From: an uncultured Candidatus Bathyarchaeia archaeon
Lineage (GTDB): Archaea > Thermoproteota > Bathyarchaeia > Bathyarchaeales > Bathycorpusculaceae
Length of the DNA: 52,826 nucleotides
Direction: 5' to 3'
Assembly (NCBI GenBank): GCA_964450845.1
Contig: CAYVGZ010000003.1
Coordinates: 1 to 52,826, forward strand
The notes under the pieces are model-generated. The model was not told the origin of the DNA and did not search any database. It saw only the letters and a program-made list of their open reading frames with translations. Below are positions 1 through 9,312 of the stretch, in pieces; position 1 is the stretch's first letter; the number at the start of each line of letters is the position of its first letter. Position numbers and translations under genes: made by a program.

Positions 1-86
1 TTTAATGTTGATTTTGATGTTTGTTTAAGCTAACGCTAATAAGTCTGAACCATCCAATTTTTATTTCTCAATAGAAGGGGGATGCA

Positions 87-644
87 GTGCTTAAGGAGAT
101 TAGAATTCATGGTCGTGGTGGCCAAGGTAGCGTCACTGCTGCAGACTTATTGGCTCATGCTGCCTTCATTGAAGGCAAGTGGGTTCAAGCTTTTCCATAC
201 TTTGGGGCTGAACGACGAGGCGCTCCAGTTAAGGCATTCGCAAGGATAAGCGACGAATCCATACTTGTGCACAGCCAAATTTATACTCCTGATTACGTGA
301 TAGTGCTTGATCACGCAATTTACAAGGTTGTAGACGTAACTGAGGGTTTGAAAAAAGATGGAATAATTATTGTAAATACGATGAAGAGGCCTGAAGAAAT
401 AGGTTTGAAAGGTTGGCGGGTCGCAACTGTTGATGCAACTGGAATAGCCCTTGAACTTAACTTGCTTGTTGCTGGATTGCCTGTTGTTAACACTGCAATT
501 GCAGGAGCATTTGCAAAGGCAACGAATGAAGTTAAGTTAGCAAGCGTCTTAAAAGTCATAAAAGAAACGTGGACAGGCAGTGCTGGTGAGAAAAACGCAA
601 GGGCGGCGGAACTAGCCTATGAACGTTTAATAAAAGGATGGTGA
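87..644 (+). CDS. porC: 2-oxoacid (pyruvate/ketoisovalerate):ferredoxin oxidoreductase gamma subunit
   Basis: N-terminal [11 protein letters not shown] and [11 protein letters not shown] motifs; first gene of a gamma-delta-alpha-beta cluster. Substrate specificity cannot be read from sequence. Confidence 0.93.
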   Translation: MLKEIRIHGRGGQGSVTAADLLAHAAFIEGKWVQAFPYFGAERRGAPVKAFARISDESILVHSQIYTPDYVIVLDHAIYKVVDVTEGLKKDGIIIVNTMKRPEEIGLKGWRVATVDATGIALELNLLVAGLPVVNTAIAGAFAKATNEVKLASVLKVIKETWTGSAGEKNARAAELAYERLIKGW

Positions 645-650
645 AATTAA

Positions 651-935
651 ATGGGTTCTGTTCCTAAAACTCGTAAAGAAATGCCCCTTACGCCAATATC
701 GTATCCAACAATTGGCAGCATGGGAAAAACAGGGTCTTGGAGAACTTTCCGCCCAGAGATTGACTATTCCAAATGTACACGATGTACGCTCTGCTGGATT
801 TACTGTCCAGACGCAGCCATCACGCGTCAAGAAGACGACTCTCCGAAAATAGATTATGATTACTGTAAGGGCTGCGGAATATGCGCCAACGAGTGCCCAG
901 TTAAAGCAATAACAATGCATCGGGAGGAAGAATGA
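651..935 (+). CDS. porD: 2-oxoacid:ferredoxin oxidoreductase delta subunit (2x[4Fe-4S])
   Basis: GSWRTFRP motif plus two CxxCxxCxxxCP ferredoxin motifs (CTRCTLCWIYCP, CKGCGICANECP). Confidence 0.95.
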   Translation: MGSVPKTRKEMPLTPISYPTIGSMGKTGSWRTFRPEIDYSKCTRCTLCWIYCPDAAITRQEDDSPKIDYDYCKGCGICANECPVKAITMHREEE

Positions 936-2114
936 ATGGCACAGGTGATTATTGATACAGCAAATCACATTGCAGGATACGCCGCGAAAGCAGCGAGAGT
1001 TAAGGTTGTTGCGGCATATCCCATAACTCCTCAGACAACGATAGTTGAAAAGATAGCTGAATTTGTTGAAACTGGAAAGATGGATAGCGAATACGTTCGC
1101 GTAGAATCCGAGCACAGTGCTATGGTAGCTTGTATAGGCGCTGCTGCAACTGGCGTCAGAACTTTTACGGCAACTTCTGCTCATGGATTAGCCCTTATGC
1201 ATGAAGCTTTGCATTGGGCTTCAGGTTCACGTTTGCCGATTGTAATGGCTGTTGTTAACCGTGCCATGGGCGCTCCTTGGAGTATATGGCCAGATTTCAG
1301 CGATTCTCTTTCTCAAAGAGACACTGGGTGGCTTCAGTTTTACTGTGCTGACAACCAAGAGGTTTTTGACACCATAATTCAAGCCTACAAACTTTGCGAA
1401 GATGAGCGAGTCTTCCTGCCAGCTATGATTTGCCTTGAAGGCTTTATTCTGTCACATACCTATATGCCCGTGAAAATTCCTGAACAAAAGAAAGTTGATG
1501 ACTTTCTGCCACCATATAAATATGGATGGATCTTAGACATTAACCATCCTTTCTCGCATTCAAATCTTGTTGCACCTGAATGGTACATGGAGTTTCGTTA
1601 TATGATTCAAGAGGCCATGGAAAATGCAAAACGCCTCATTCCAGTGATCGATAAAGAATACGGCGAAACTTTCGGGGTCGAACACGGCGGATTAGTTGAG
1701 AAGTACAAGTGTGAAGATGCAGATTTAATACTACTCACCATGGGGACCATGGGTAGCGAAGCAAAAATAGCGGTAGAGAACCTTCGCAAAGATGGGTTAA
1801 AAGTTGGATCCGCAAGAGTTCGAGTTTTCCGTCCATTTCCAACAGAAGAAATTGGAAAGCTTGGACAGCAAGCGCAGATGTTTGCAGCCATAGACCGCCA
1901 CATATCATTTGGGATGGAGGGTTTTCTTGCGACAGAAATCAAGGCGGGTCTTTCCAATCAAAAAGACCGTCCTTTAGTTGCGGGGTTTATTGCTGGCTTA
2001 GGGGGAAGAGATGTAACTTCTGAAACGATTGAAAAGATTGCTAAAAAATCGCTAAAATGGATGCGTGGTGGCAAGGTAGAGAGAGAAACCGAATGGGTTG
2101 ATTTGAGGGAGTAA
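936..2114 (+). CDS. porA: 2-oxoacid:ferredoxin oxidoreductase alpha subunit
   Basis: AAYPITPQT, ESEHSA, TATSAHGL and GLGGRD motifs; starts directly after the porD stop. Confidence 0.95.
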   Translation: MAQVIIDTANHIAGYAAKAARVKVVAAYPITPQTTIVEKIAEFVETGKMDSEYVRVESEHSAMVACIGAAATGVRTFTATSAHGLALMHEALHWASGSRLPIVMAVVNRAMGAPWSIWPDFSDSLSQRDTGWLQFYCADNQEVFDTIIQAYKLCEDERVFLPAMICLEGFILSHTYMPVKIPEQKKVDDFLPPYKYGWILDINHPFSHSNLVAPEWYMEFRYMIQEAMENAKRLIPVIDKEYGETFGVEHGGLVEKYKCEDADLILLTMGTMGSEAKIAVENLRKDGLKVGSARVRVFRPFPTEEIGKLGQQAQMFAAIDRHISFGMEGFLATEIKAGLSNQKDRPLVAGFIAGLGGRDVTSETIEKIAKKSLKWMRGGKVERETEWVDLRE

Positions 2115-2119
2115 AATTA

Positions 2120-3046
2120 ATGGTGACAATAAAAGAGCTTCCAAAAGACGAATATTTACTTAAGGGTCATGCAGCTTGTGCTGGCTGCGGTCCTGCCATT
2201 TCACTTCGCCTGCTTTTCAAAGCATTAGGAAACAAGCTTGTCTTAGTTGTTCCTGCTTGCTGCACAACAGTGATTCAAGGACCTTATCCCTACACTTCTT
2301 TTGAGGTTCCGCTCCAAAACATATTGTTCGAATCAACTGCTGCTGCAGCGTCGGGAATTGTCGCCGCTTTGCATCAAAGAAATCTTGAAGGCATAACTGT
2401 TGTCGGTTGGGCTGGAGACGGTGGAACCGTTGACATTGGGATTCAAGCGTTGTCTGGGGCGGCTGAGAGAGAAACAGACTTCATTTATATTTGCTACGAT
2501 AACGAAGCTTATGGCAATACAGGAATGCAGCGGAGTGGGGCAACACCTTACGGTGCATGGACCACGACGACGCCTTCTGGGAAGAGAGAACGTAAAAAAG
2601 ATATGGCCTTAATTATGGCTGCCCATCGAATACCCTACGTTGCAACAGCCTGTCCATCATACCCCCTTGACTTGGTGAACAAGCTTAGAAAGGCTAAGGA
2701 TATTAAAGGTACAAAATACATTCACATTTTGGCACCATGTCCAACAGGATGGCGCTATGATACAAGCAAAACCGTTGAATTGGGAAGACTTGCTGTTCAA
2801 ACGGGTTTGTGGGCTCTCTTTGAAATTGAGTATGGAAAGTTTAAACTTAATTCTCCCAGCGATAGGTTGATTGATAAGGCTAAACGTAAACCGGTTAAGG
2901 AATATTTGAGTTTGCAGGGTAGATTTCGCAGCTTAACTGATGATGATATTGAAAGAATTCAGAAATGGGTGGATGAGGACTGGGATAAATATCATATGCT
3001 AGCGTCAAATAGTGCATCTGATTTTGCATCGTATGGAAAAGCATGA
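2120..3046 (+). CDS. porB: 2-oxoacid:ferredoxin oxidoreductase beta subunit (TPP-binding)
   Basis: GHAACAGCG, GDGG...DNEAYGNTG TPP motif and PCPTGW. Confidence 0.95.
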   Translation: MVTIKELPKDEYLLKGHAACAGCGPAISLRLLFKALGNKLVLVVPACCTTVIQGPYPYTSFEVPLQNILFESTAAAASGIVAALHQRNLEGITVVGWAGDGGTVDIGIQALSGAAERETDFIYICYDNEAYGNTGMQRSGATPYGAWTTTTPSGKRERKKDMALIMAAHRIPYVATACPSYPLDLVNKLRKAKDIKGTKYIHILAPCPTGWRYDTSKTVELGRLAVQTGLWALFEIEYGKFKLNSPSDRLIDKAKRKPVKEYLSLQGRFRSLTDDDIERIQKWVDEDWDKYHMLASNSASDFASYGKA

Positions 3047-3286
3047 GAAGGGCTTGAAAGTTTATTGTATAGAAGTTGCGAGGAGCGAAGGTAAAAAGGC
3101 AAATGTTTCAGCCATCGAAATCACGGTGACTAAGTCGTAATGCGGTTCTCTTTCCCTTAAAGTGCAAATAATATATTGATGCACTGTTCCGTAGTATTAA
3201 ACTGTTTTTTTACGTTCTTTTTTGAGAAAGGGCATAGGTAATTATATATAAAACTGTTTTTTCTAATCGTTAACCCCGCTGGTGAT

Positions 3287-4630
3287 GTGAAGATGAGTGC
3301 TTACCCGAAAATAGTTGTTGCCCCCCCGGGACCCAAAGCCAGAGAGTTAGTCAAAAAAGATGAAAACCTAATTTCGCCTTCTTACGTGCGGTTCTATCCG
3401 CTTGTAGTTGAACATGGCAAAGGTTGTATAGTGAGGGACGTTGATGGAAACGAATACATAGACTTCAATTCTGGTTTAGTATGCTTAAACGTTGGTCATA
3501 ACCATCCTAAAGTGGTTGCGGCGATAAAGAATCAATGTGACCGATTTTTACATTATTCTAACACAGATTTCTACTATAATGAAGTCGTTGACCTTGCTGA
3601 AAAACTAGCAGGAATCGCTCCTGGAAACTTTGATAAAAAGGTTTATTTTGGCAACAGTGGAGCTGAAGCAATTGAGGCAGCGGTCAAACTTGCGAAATGG
3701 CACACTCGAAAGCAACTATTTATTGGATTCATAAGTGCCTTCCACGGGCGCACAATAGGAGCCCTATCTTTTACAGCTAGTAAGCCCACTCAACGGCGCT
3801 ACTTCTCCCCGTTAATGCCAGGTGTCACTCATGTGCCATATCCATATTGTTACCGTTGCCCTTTCAAACTGACTTATCCTGAATGCCATTATTGGTGTAT
3901 AGATTTCATTGACGAATTTGTCTTACAGAAGTATGCGCCTCCAGAGGATGTCGCTGCGATACTCTTGGAGCCGATTCAAGGTGAGGGCGGATACGTTGTT
4001 CCGCCGCCAGAATATTTCCAGCGGTTAAAGAAGCTTGCTGACAAGTATGGCATATTGCTTATAGATGATGAAGTTCAGGCAGGCATGGGCAGAACTGGAA
4101 AATGGTTTGCAATTGAACACTGGGACGTTGAACCAGACATCATATGTAGCGCAAAAGCACTAGCTTCTGGGCTTCCGTTAGGCGCAACAGTCGCTAAAGC
4201 AAAAATAATGGACTGGGTTGGCGGTTCACATGCAAGCACTTTCGGCGGTAACCCCCTTTCATGCGTTGCAGCAAACGCAGTTATTGACGTTATTAAAGAG
4301 GAAAAATTACTGGAAAACGCAACCAAACAAGGCACCTACATCCTAAAGAGACTTGAAGAATTGAAAGACAAAAGTGAAATAGTCGGCGATGTGAGGGGCA
4401 AAGGCTTAATGATAGGCATGGAAATTGTAGAAAACAAAGAATTCCAAAAGCCATCACCTAAAAAATCCTCGGAGATTATGATGCGTTCATGGAAACGTGG
4501 AGTTGCCGTTATCACCTGTGGAGTTTCAACCATAAGGATTGCACCGCCACTTAGCATTACGAGAGAACTAGTAGACGCAGCATTAGAAATAACTGATGAC
4601 ACTGTAAAAGAAGTTGAGAAGGAAGCTTAA
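3287..4630 (+). CDS. Class-III PLP-dependent aminotransferase (4-aminobutyrate/(acetyl)ornithine aminotransferase family)
   Basis: GNSGAEAIE, FHGRT, EPIQGEGG, DDEVQAGMGRTG, PLP lysine in SAKALASG, and STFGGNP. Confidence 0.9.
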   Translation: MKMSAYPKIVVAPPGPKARELVKKDENLISPSYVRFYPLVVEHGKGCIVRDVDGNEYIDFNSGLVCLNVGHNHPKVVAAIKNQCDRFLHYSNTDFYYNEVVDLAEKLAGIAPGNFDKKVYFGNSGAEAIEAAVKLAKWHTRKQLFIGFISAFHGRTIGALSFTASKPTQRRYFSPLMPGVTHVPYPYCYRCPFKLTYPECHYWCIDFIDEFVLQKYAPPEDVAAILLEPIQGEGGYVVPPPEYFQRLKKLADKYGILLIDDEVQAGMGRTGKWFAIEHWDVEPDIICSAKALASGLPLGATVAKAKIMDWVGGSHASTFGGNPLSCVAANAVIDVIKEEKLLENATKQGTYILKRLEELKDKSEIVGDVRGKGLMIGMEIVENKEFQKPSPKKSSEIMMRSWKRGVAVITCGVSTIRIAPPLSITRELVDAALEITDDTVKEVEKEA

Positions 4631-4647
4631 CCCATTAGCGTGTTTAA

Positions 4648-5076
4648 ATGGAAATTCGAAAACTAACGATAAACGACTACGAAGAAATCATTAAACTTTG
4701 GTCAAAGGCAAGATTACCCTATAAGCCAAGGGGAAGAGACAGTAAAGAAGCAATAGCAGTAGAAATGAAGGCAAACCCAGAATTTTTTCTAGGCGCTTTT
4801 GGTGATAGCCGTCTTGTTGGTATGGTCATCATAAGTTGCGACATGCGAAAGGGCTGGATTAATCGTCTAGCAGTTGATCCAGATTATAGGAACCGCGGTA
4901 TTGCCAAGGCTTTGATTGCTGAATCTGAAAAGACATTAAGAAAACGTGGGGTCAGAATTTTCTGTGCCTTAGTTGAGGATTACAATGCTGTATCAAAAAA
5001 ACTCTTTAAGGAATGCGGTTACGTGGAACATCGTGACATAATATACTTTAGTAAACGGGATAGCAATGAGGTCTAA
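4648..5076 (+). CDS. GNAT family N-acetyltransferase
   Basis: LAVDPDYRNRGIAKAL acetyl-CoA motif A; 142 aa. Confidence 0.88.
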   Translation: MEIRKLTINDYEEIIKLWSKARLPYKPRGRDSKEAIAVEMKANPEFFLGAFGDSRLVGMVIISCDMRKGWINRLAVDPDYRNRGIAKALIAESEKTLRKRGVRIFCALVEDYNAVSKKLFKECGYVEHRDIIYFSKRDSNEV

Positions 5077-5087
5077 CCATTTTTCAT

Positions 5088-5690
5088 TTAGAAGTTATGT
5101 GGCTTTGCTATAACCTCTTTTATTTTTAGATCGAAGAATCTTGCGGCGTTTGCGGGACGTATTCGAAGCGCCGTATCTGCGCCTTTACCCGTCCCAGCGA
5201 TAGCAACAACATCGCTGTCAACTGGAATCAAACCTGCGTCAGCTGCCATCAATGTAATTTCTACACATACTTTTGTTCCTTCTCCCATCAGTCTGAGCAC
5301 ATTGGCAATGAGCTCCAGAGGCTGTATTGTCCCGAAATCTTTACGAATTGCCCGTTCTGCGCTGCTTAAAGCATGAACTCCAGTAAAAATTTTCGCTTCA
5401 TTCGCCAATATTTCTTTTCTATGCTCTTCTAGCAACTGGGTTTTTCCGGGTTCTTGAAAACCGAAGCAATGTGTAACTATGATGATGTTATGTCCTTTGA
5501 AGGTTTTAGATGCTTTGGCTCCTGTTTCTCCAGTTGTTGAAGCAATTACTATGTCTTTTATTTCTTGTTTTTCTACATACTCTTTAACAGACTCCAATAA
5601 GGCGTCAGTGTTCTGCCCGCCCGCTTCTTTAAAATAGGTCACTTTTCTCTCAACTAAACTCACGAGTTTTCCCTCACTAAATTTAATCAA
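5088..5690 (-). CDS. Stand-alone pyruvate-kinase C-terminal-like domain protein (COG1751/MTH1675-like)
   Basis: IVIASTTGETG, GTKVCVEITLMAADAG and AIAGTGKGADTA are typical of this family. Confidence 0.8.
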   Translation of the reverse strand: MIKFSEGKLVSLVERKVTYFKEAGGQNTDALLESVKEYVEKQEIKDIVIASTTGETGAKASKTFKGHNIIIVTHCFGFQEPGKTQLLEEHRKEILANEAKIFTGVHALSSAERAIRKDFGTIQPLELIANVLRLMGEGTKVCVEITLMAADAGLIPVDSDVVAIAGTGKGADTALRIRPANAARFFDLKIKEVIAKPHNF

Positions 5691-5733
5691 TAAAGCCTAA
5701 TCTTTTTTTATATTTTTGGAAAGGTGTCAAGGA

Positions 5734-6276
5734 TTAAGTAGTTTTTTTCTTAAGGGGTTTTCTTTTTAATTCCGTACCGCATACTTCACATTTTCTAGAC
5801 TTGTAATCCGCTGGGTATCTTCTATGGCATGCTGGGCAATATCTTATCCATTGCAGGCGGAAACGGATGCCAAAAGTAGCCAGTGAAGCAAATTCTATGC
5901 TCAATTGATCCGCAACATTCTGTATAGAGTAATCATCAGTAGCAATTAATGGAGAATAACCATGCATCTTAAGCTCTAGGGCTAATGCTAAAATTTGAAA
6001 GTCTGTTTCTGACAGAAAAAAAGCGTCTCCGATAATTTTTGCTGACTTTTTAACCTCGTCTAAAAAGGTTTCATCTGGCGTTTTTACTTTCAACTTCCCG
6101 CTCTCCACTGCTGTTTTAAACCTAACCCAAGACATGGAGCCTTTCATTATTTCATCTTTGACCATGGGAATAGTGTATTGTTCTTCGCCTATTGAAAATG
6201 GGTCAAAGCCGGCTAAAAAGGCGGACGTATCCAAAACTATGACTCTTTTACCAGTCTTAACAGTTAGATTTTTCAT
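5734..6276 (-). CDS. nob1: Nob1 rRNA-processing endonuclease (PIN domain + Zn ribbon)
   Basis: VLDTSAF, LSETD and TDDYSIQNVA PIN motifs; C-terminal CPAC...CEVCG. Confidence 0.92.
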   Translation of the reverse strand: MKNLTVKTGKRVIVLDTSAFLAGFDPFSIGEEQYTIPMVKDEIMKGSMSWVRFKTAVESGKLKVKTPDETFLDEVKKSAKIIGDAFFLSETDFQILALALELKMHGYSPLIATDDYSIQNVADQLSIEFASLATFGIRFRLQWIRYCPACHRRYPADYKSRKCEVCGTELKRKPLKKKTT

Positions 6277-7121
6277 TACGTTCCCTTAAAAAGAAGTCTG
6301 CTTCTTAAACGATCGTAAAAGTTTTCCTTAAACCTTATGAAAGATGTTTCGTGTTTGGAACGCGTTACTGTTAGATTTGGAATTTTGGAACTTATGATTT
6401 GACGGTGATGCCCATCAACTACTATAAGCACTTTTCTCGGTCTAATAACATCAACTGTGAGGCTTGAATCCGCTGGGAAAACAATTGAACGGAAAACGCT
6501 CAGAGCACATACTGGTGTCAAAACAAAAGCATTTACGTCCGGGTCTAAAACGGGTCCTCCAGCCGAGAGCGAATAACCAGTGGAGCCGGTGTGTGTAGCT
6601 ACCATTAAACCGTCTGCCTGGCAGTTTAAAATTGGCTCATTATTCTTCAAGATTCGAGCGTAAAGCAACTTCGCTGGCTCACCGGCTGAGACTAATACCT
6701 CATTTAAGGCGTCTGGAAACTTTGTCTTGTCTGCAGTTATGGAAAGCTTCATGCACTTTTCAATTGTGATTTGTCCTTTCAAGCATTTGTCTACTGCTGC
6801 AAAAGCCTGTTTGGGCTCTACTTCAGTTAGGAAACCTCGAACACCCATGTTTATTGCGAGTATTGGGGGTTCCGGTTTCTGAATAGAAACGCAGGTTCTT
6901 AGTATTGTTCCATCGCCGCCAATTGTGATTATAAAATCTGTTTTCATCTTCTCTAATTGAGCGCTCTTTTGTTTTATGCTCATTTTCTCCGCTAACGTGT
7001 CCTCCACATATACTTCTAACCCCTTGGTCCTCAAAAATTTAGCCAAATCATCTGCCAGTTTTATGGCTTTTCTCTTGTCAAAACGGGCGACTATTCCAAC
7101 GCTTTTAAACAACTGTTTCAC
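6276..7121 (-). CDS. nadK: NAD kinase
   Basis: GGDGT, ALNE, DGLMVAT and GSTGYSLSAGGP signatures. Confidence 0.95.
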   Translation of the reverse strand: MKQLFKSVGIVARFDKRKAIKLADDLAKFLRTKGLEVYVEDTLAEKMSIKQKSAQLEKMKTDFIITIGGDGTILRTCVSIQKPEPPILAINMGVRGFLTEVEPKQAFAAVDKCLKGQITIEKCMKLSITADKTKFPDALNEVLVSAGEPAKLLYARILKNNEPILNCQADGLMVATHTGSTGYSLSAGGPVLDPDVNAFVLTPVCALSVFRSIVFPADSSLTVDVIRPRKVLIVVDGHHRQIISSKIPNLTVTRSKHETSFIRFKENFYDRLRSRLLFKGT

Positions 7122-7201
7122 CCATCATTAGTTAACACACTTCTTTTTCAATTATATATGGTTAGAGGTTAAAGTTTTTAGAAACGCAGAGCATAATTGT
7201 T

Positions 7202-8086
7202 TTGTTTTCCAGCTTTATCTCTAGCATGTTTTTTAATCTGTTTCAACGCATTTTAGATGTGGTGCCTCGGAACGTGAGCGTCTGGGAAAAAATCTACAAA
7301 GCGATTGCTGACAGAATAGTGGAAGAAGACAGAGCCTTTGAACTTGCTTATCTGAGATTTGGTGAAGCTAGAAAATGGGTAGTTAAGCAAGCTGGTCTGA
7401 AACCTGATTCGTTGGTTTTAGAAATCGGGTATGGTCAGGGTTACCTATCTATGGAGTTGGCTTCCGTCTTGACGTATGGAAGAGTGATAGGCGTCGACCT
7501 TCTTCACGAAAACTGCACGATTGGAGTTAGTCGCTGGATTGTCAAACAACTTGGGATGCAAGAAAGAATGGCTTTAGTCTCTTCAGATTCGACAAAACTT
7601 CCCTTCACGAAAGAAACCTTTGACGCAGTTGTCAGTTTTCTGGCTCTGCAAAACATAAAGAACACTAGAGGAAGTGAGGGTGTTCTAGCCACAGTAGATG
7701 AAGCATGCCGAGTTGTGAAGAAAGGCGGCATTGTCGCCCTAGCTGACGATTCATTTCCCCTTTGCAGACCAAAAGCAGATCAGGGAAGACTCTTCGATGC
7801 CATTAAACATCATTGGGACATCCTTTTGCCATCTGCAAAAGAACTCATTGAACGGATGAAAAGGAATGAAATCTCTGAAGCTAAGGCTTTGTCCTACGAT
7901 CCAAAGGAAAGCTTGCTTCCTAAAGACGCAGAAAGAGAACTACAATTGAGTGCCAAATGGGCAGAGCCATTTGGAGTGAAAGTAGATTTTGGCAATTTTT
8001 GGAAGGAAGTAGGCGAAATAATCAGAAGGAGCGGTCGAACTTATAGTAAAGTGGTTCTTTTGCTCGGAAGAAAAACAAGCTCTTAA
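7202..8086 (+). CDS. Class I SAM-dependent methyltransferase, substrate unknown (start uncertain)
   Basis: VLEIGYGQG motif I, GVD, LPFTKETFDAV and VVKKGG motifs. Confidence 0.8.
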   Translation: MFSSFISSMFFNLFQRILDVVPRNVSVWEKIYKAIADRIVEEDRAFELAYLRFGEARKWVVKQAGLKPDSLVLEIGYGQGYLSMELASVLTYGRVIGVDLLHENCTIGVSRWIVKQLGMQERMALVSSDSTKLPFTKETFDAVVSFLALQNIKNTRGSEGVLATVDEACRVVKKGGIVALADDSFPLCRPKADQGRLFDAIKHHWDILLPSAKELIERMKRNEISEAKALSYDPKESLLPKDAERELQLSAKWAEPFGVKVDFGNFWKEVGEIIRRSGRTYSKVVLLLGRKTSS

Positions 8087-8197
8087 CACAAAAAAATATT
8101 CGGCAAGCAAAAAATTGGCTCTTTTTCAAAACTTAACTTATATATGGGTGTTGTTTAGAATTGCGGTGAATGAAGGCTGCTGTAAGTTGGTGGGCGT

Positions 8198-8590
8198 ATG
8201 AGTAAGCCAGTTGATGTTGGAAGTTTACGTGTGGGCGGCTACATGATTATCGATAACGAACCATGCCATATAGTTGACATAACGAAGTCAAAACCAGGAA
8301 AGCACGGTTCAGCCAAAGCAAGAATAGTCGCCATAGGCGTTTTTGACGGTGTAAAGAGAAGTTTTGTGAAACCTGTGGACTTAAACGCTGAAGTTCCGAT
8401 AATTGATAAGAGAATGGGCCAAGTCTTTGCGGTTAACCCTTCTGGCATTCAAATAATGGACTTGGAAACATACGAATATTTCGATGCTCCTTATCCTGAA
8501 GATGAGAGTTTGAAAGCGAAACTTGCTCCTGGCGTTGAGATTGAATATTGGCGGATACTTGGCAGAGTAAAAATCATGAGAGCAAAGTAG
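8198..8590 (+). CDS. eif5a: Translation factor aIF-5A
   Basis: Hypusination motif SKPGKHGSAK; 130 aa. Confidence 0.97.
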   Translation: MSKPVDVGSLRVGGYMIIDNEPCHIVDITKSKPGKHGSAKARIVAIGVFDGVKRSFVKPVDLNAEVPIIDKRMGQVFAVNPSGIQIMDLETYEYFDAPYPEDESLKAKLAPGVEIEYWRILGRVKIMRAK

Positions 8591-8606
8591 AACTAAAGGC
8601 TGAACT

Positions 8607-8653
8607 TAGGCGAAATCTTTCGAGATCACTTAGTGTCCCGTCGCCTATCTTTT
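8607..8653 (+). terminator. Branched stem-loop followed by a T-rich tract downstream of aIF-5A
   Basis: TAGGCGA(8607-13) pairs with TCGCCTA(8641-47), enclosing ATCT-TTCG-AGAT; followed by TCTTTT. Confidence 0.45.
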
Positions 8654-8669
8654 GAGGAGGCAGCATCTT

Positions 8670-8984
8670 TTGGATGTTAAAGTCAAATTGAAGGATGAAA
8701 GAACCGTTCTAATAAGAGAATTTCAAGTCGAAGATAAAGAGAAATTCATTGAAATGTACGAGAGTCTTTTGGCTGAAGCGGTTCGATGGGAGATGCCGCC
8801 TTATACTAGAGAAAGTCTCGAAAAAGGATGGTTGAGCAATCTACAGAACCTGATTTGCATAGTAGCCTTTTACAACGACAAAATTGTGGGGGCATGCTCA
8901 AATCTTCAAATCTCCTCATCCAATATTGAAAGAATAATGGGTTTAATATTGGCTAGCTCCACCAGTCCCAATCAAGGTATTTGA
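8670..8984 (+). pseudogene. Truncated/frameshifted GNAT (RimJ/RimL-like) acetyltransferase remnant
   Basis: GAGGAGG SD before TTG 8670; GNAT-like N-terminus (LIREFQVEDKEKF...KIVG). Removing one G from the G5 run (8888-92) gives HAQIFKSPHP, but this stops at 8937; acetyl-CoA motif A is absent. Confidence 0.6.
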
Positions 8985-9153
8985 AGCTCAAGTAAAGGAT
9001 TAAGAGGATTACTCCCCAACTTAATGCGATGCCTGCAATCCCTAATACAAAGTTTTCACTCAGGTAGGTGTAGCTTGCCCAAGCACTTACCCCACATAAA
9101 CCCATTAATATGAGACTGAACATGATGAATTGAATTGCCCGCTCCACAGCCAA
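8953..9153 (-). CDS. Small 66-aa membrane protein with two hydrophobic helices
   Basis: AAAGGAGG SD before a TTG start; two ~20-aa hydrophobic stretches. Confidence 0.65.
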   Translation of the reverse strand: MAVERAIQFIMFSLILMGLCGVSAWASYTYLSENFVLGIAGIALSWGVILLILYLSFKYLDWDWWS

Positions 9154-9312
9154 TTATGTTTCCTCCTTTGAACTGTTAGAAGTAGTGCTTTGTGTTGTTA
9201 AGATTTTCTATGAAAGCTTATTTTGTTGTTTTTTGTGATATGTTTTGAAGCCAATGATGCAAGAAGAGCCGTCTGATTTGTGACGACATTTATGGGCTGA
9301 GGCTTCGATCAC

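Noticed and set aside
3054-3140. 28-aa ORF MKVYCIEVARSEGKKANVSAIEITVTKS after porB
   Set aside because: Too short, TTG start, no recognisable motif; cannot be supported without homologues.
3287-5076. Calling the aminotransferase/GNAT pair ectB/ectA
   Set aside because: No ectC or aspartokinase, reversed gene order and no EctA-specific features recognised; kept only as a low-interest finding.
8598-8647. Possible hammerhead ribozyme (GAAA-UCU-UUCG-AGA-UC resembles stem III plus an NUH site)
   Set aside because: The required CUGAnGA core is missing in both permutations (CTGAACT upstream, TCCCGTC downstream), and the GA of GAAA is sequestered by the outer stem.
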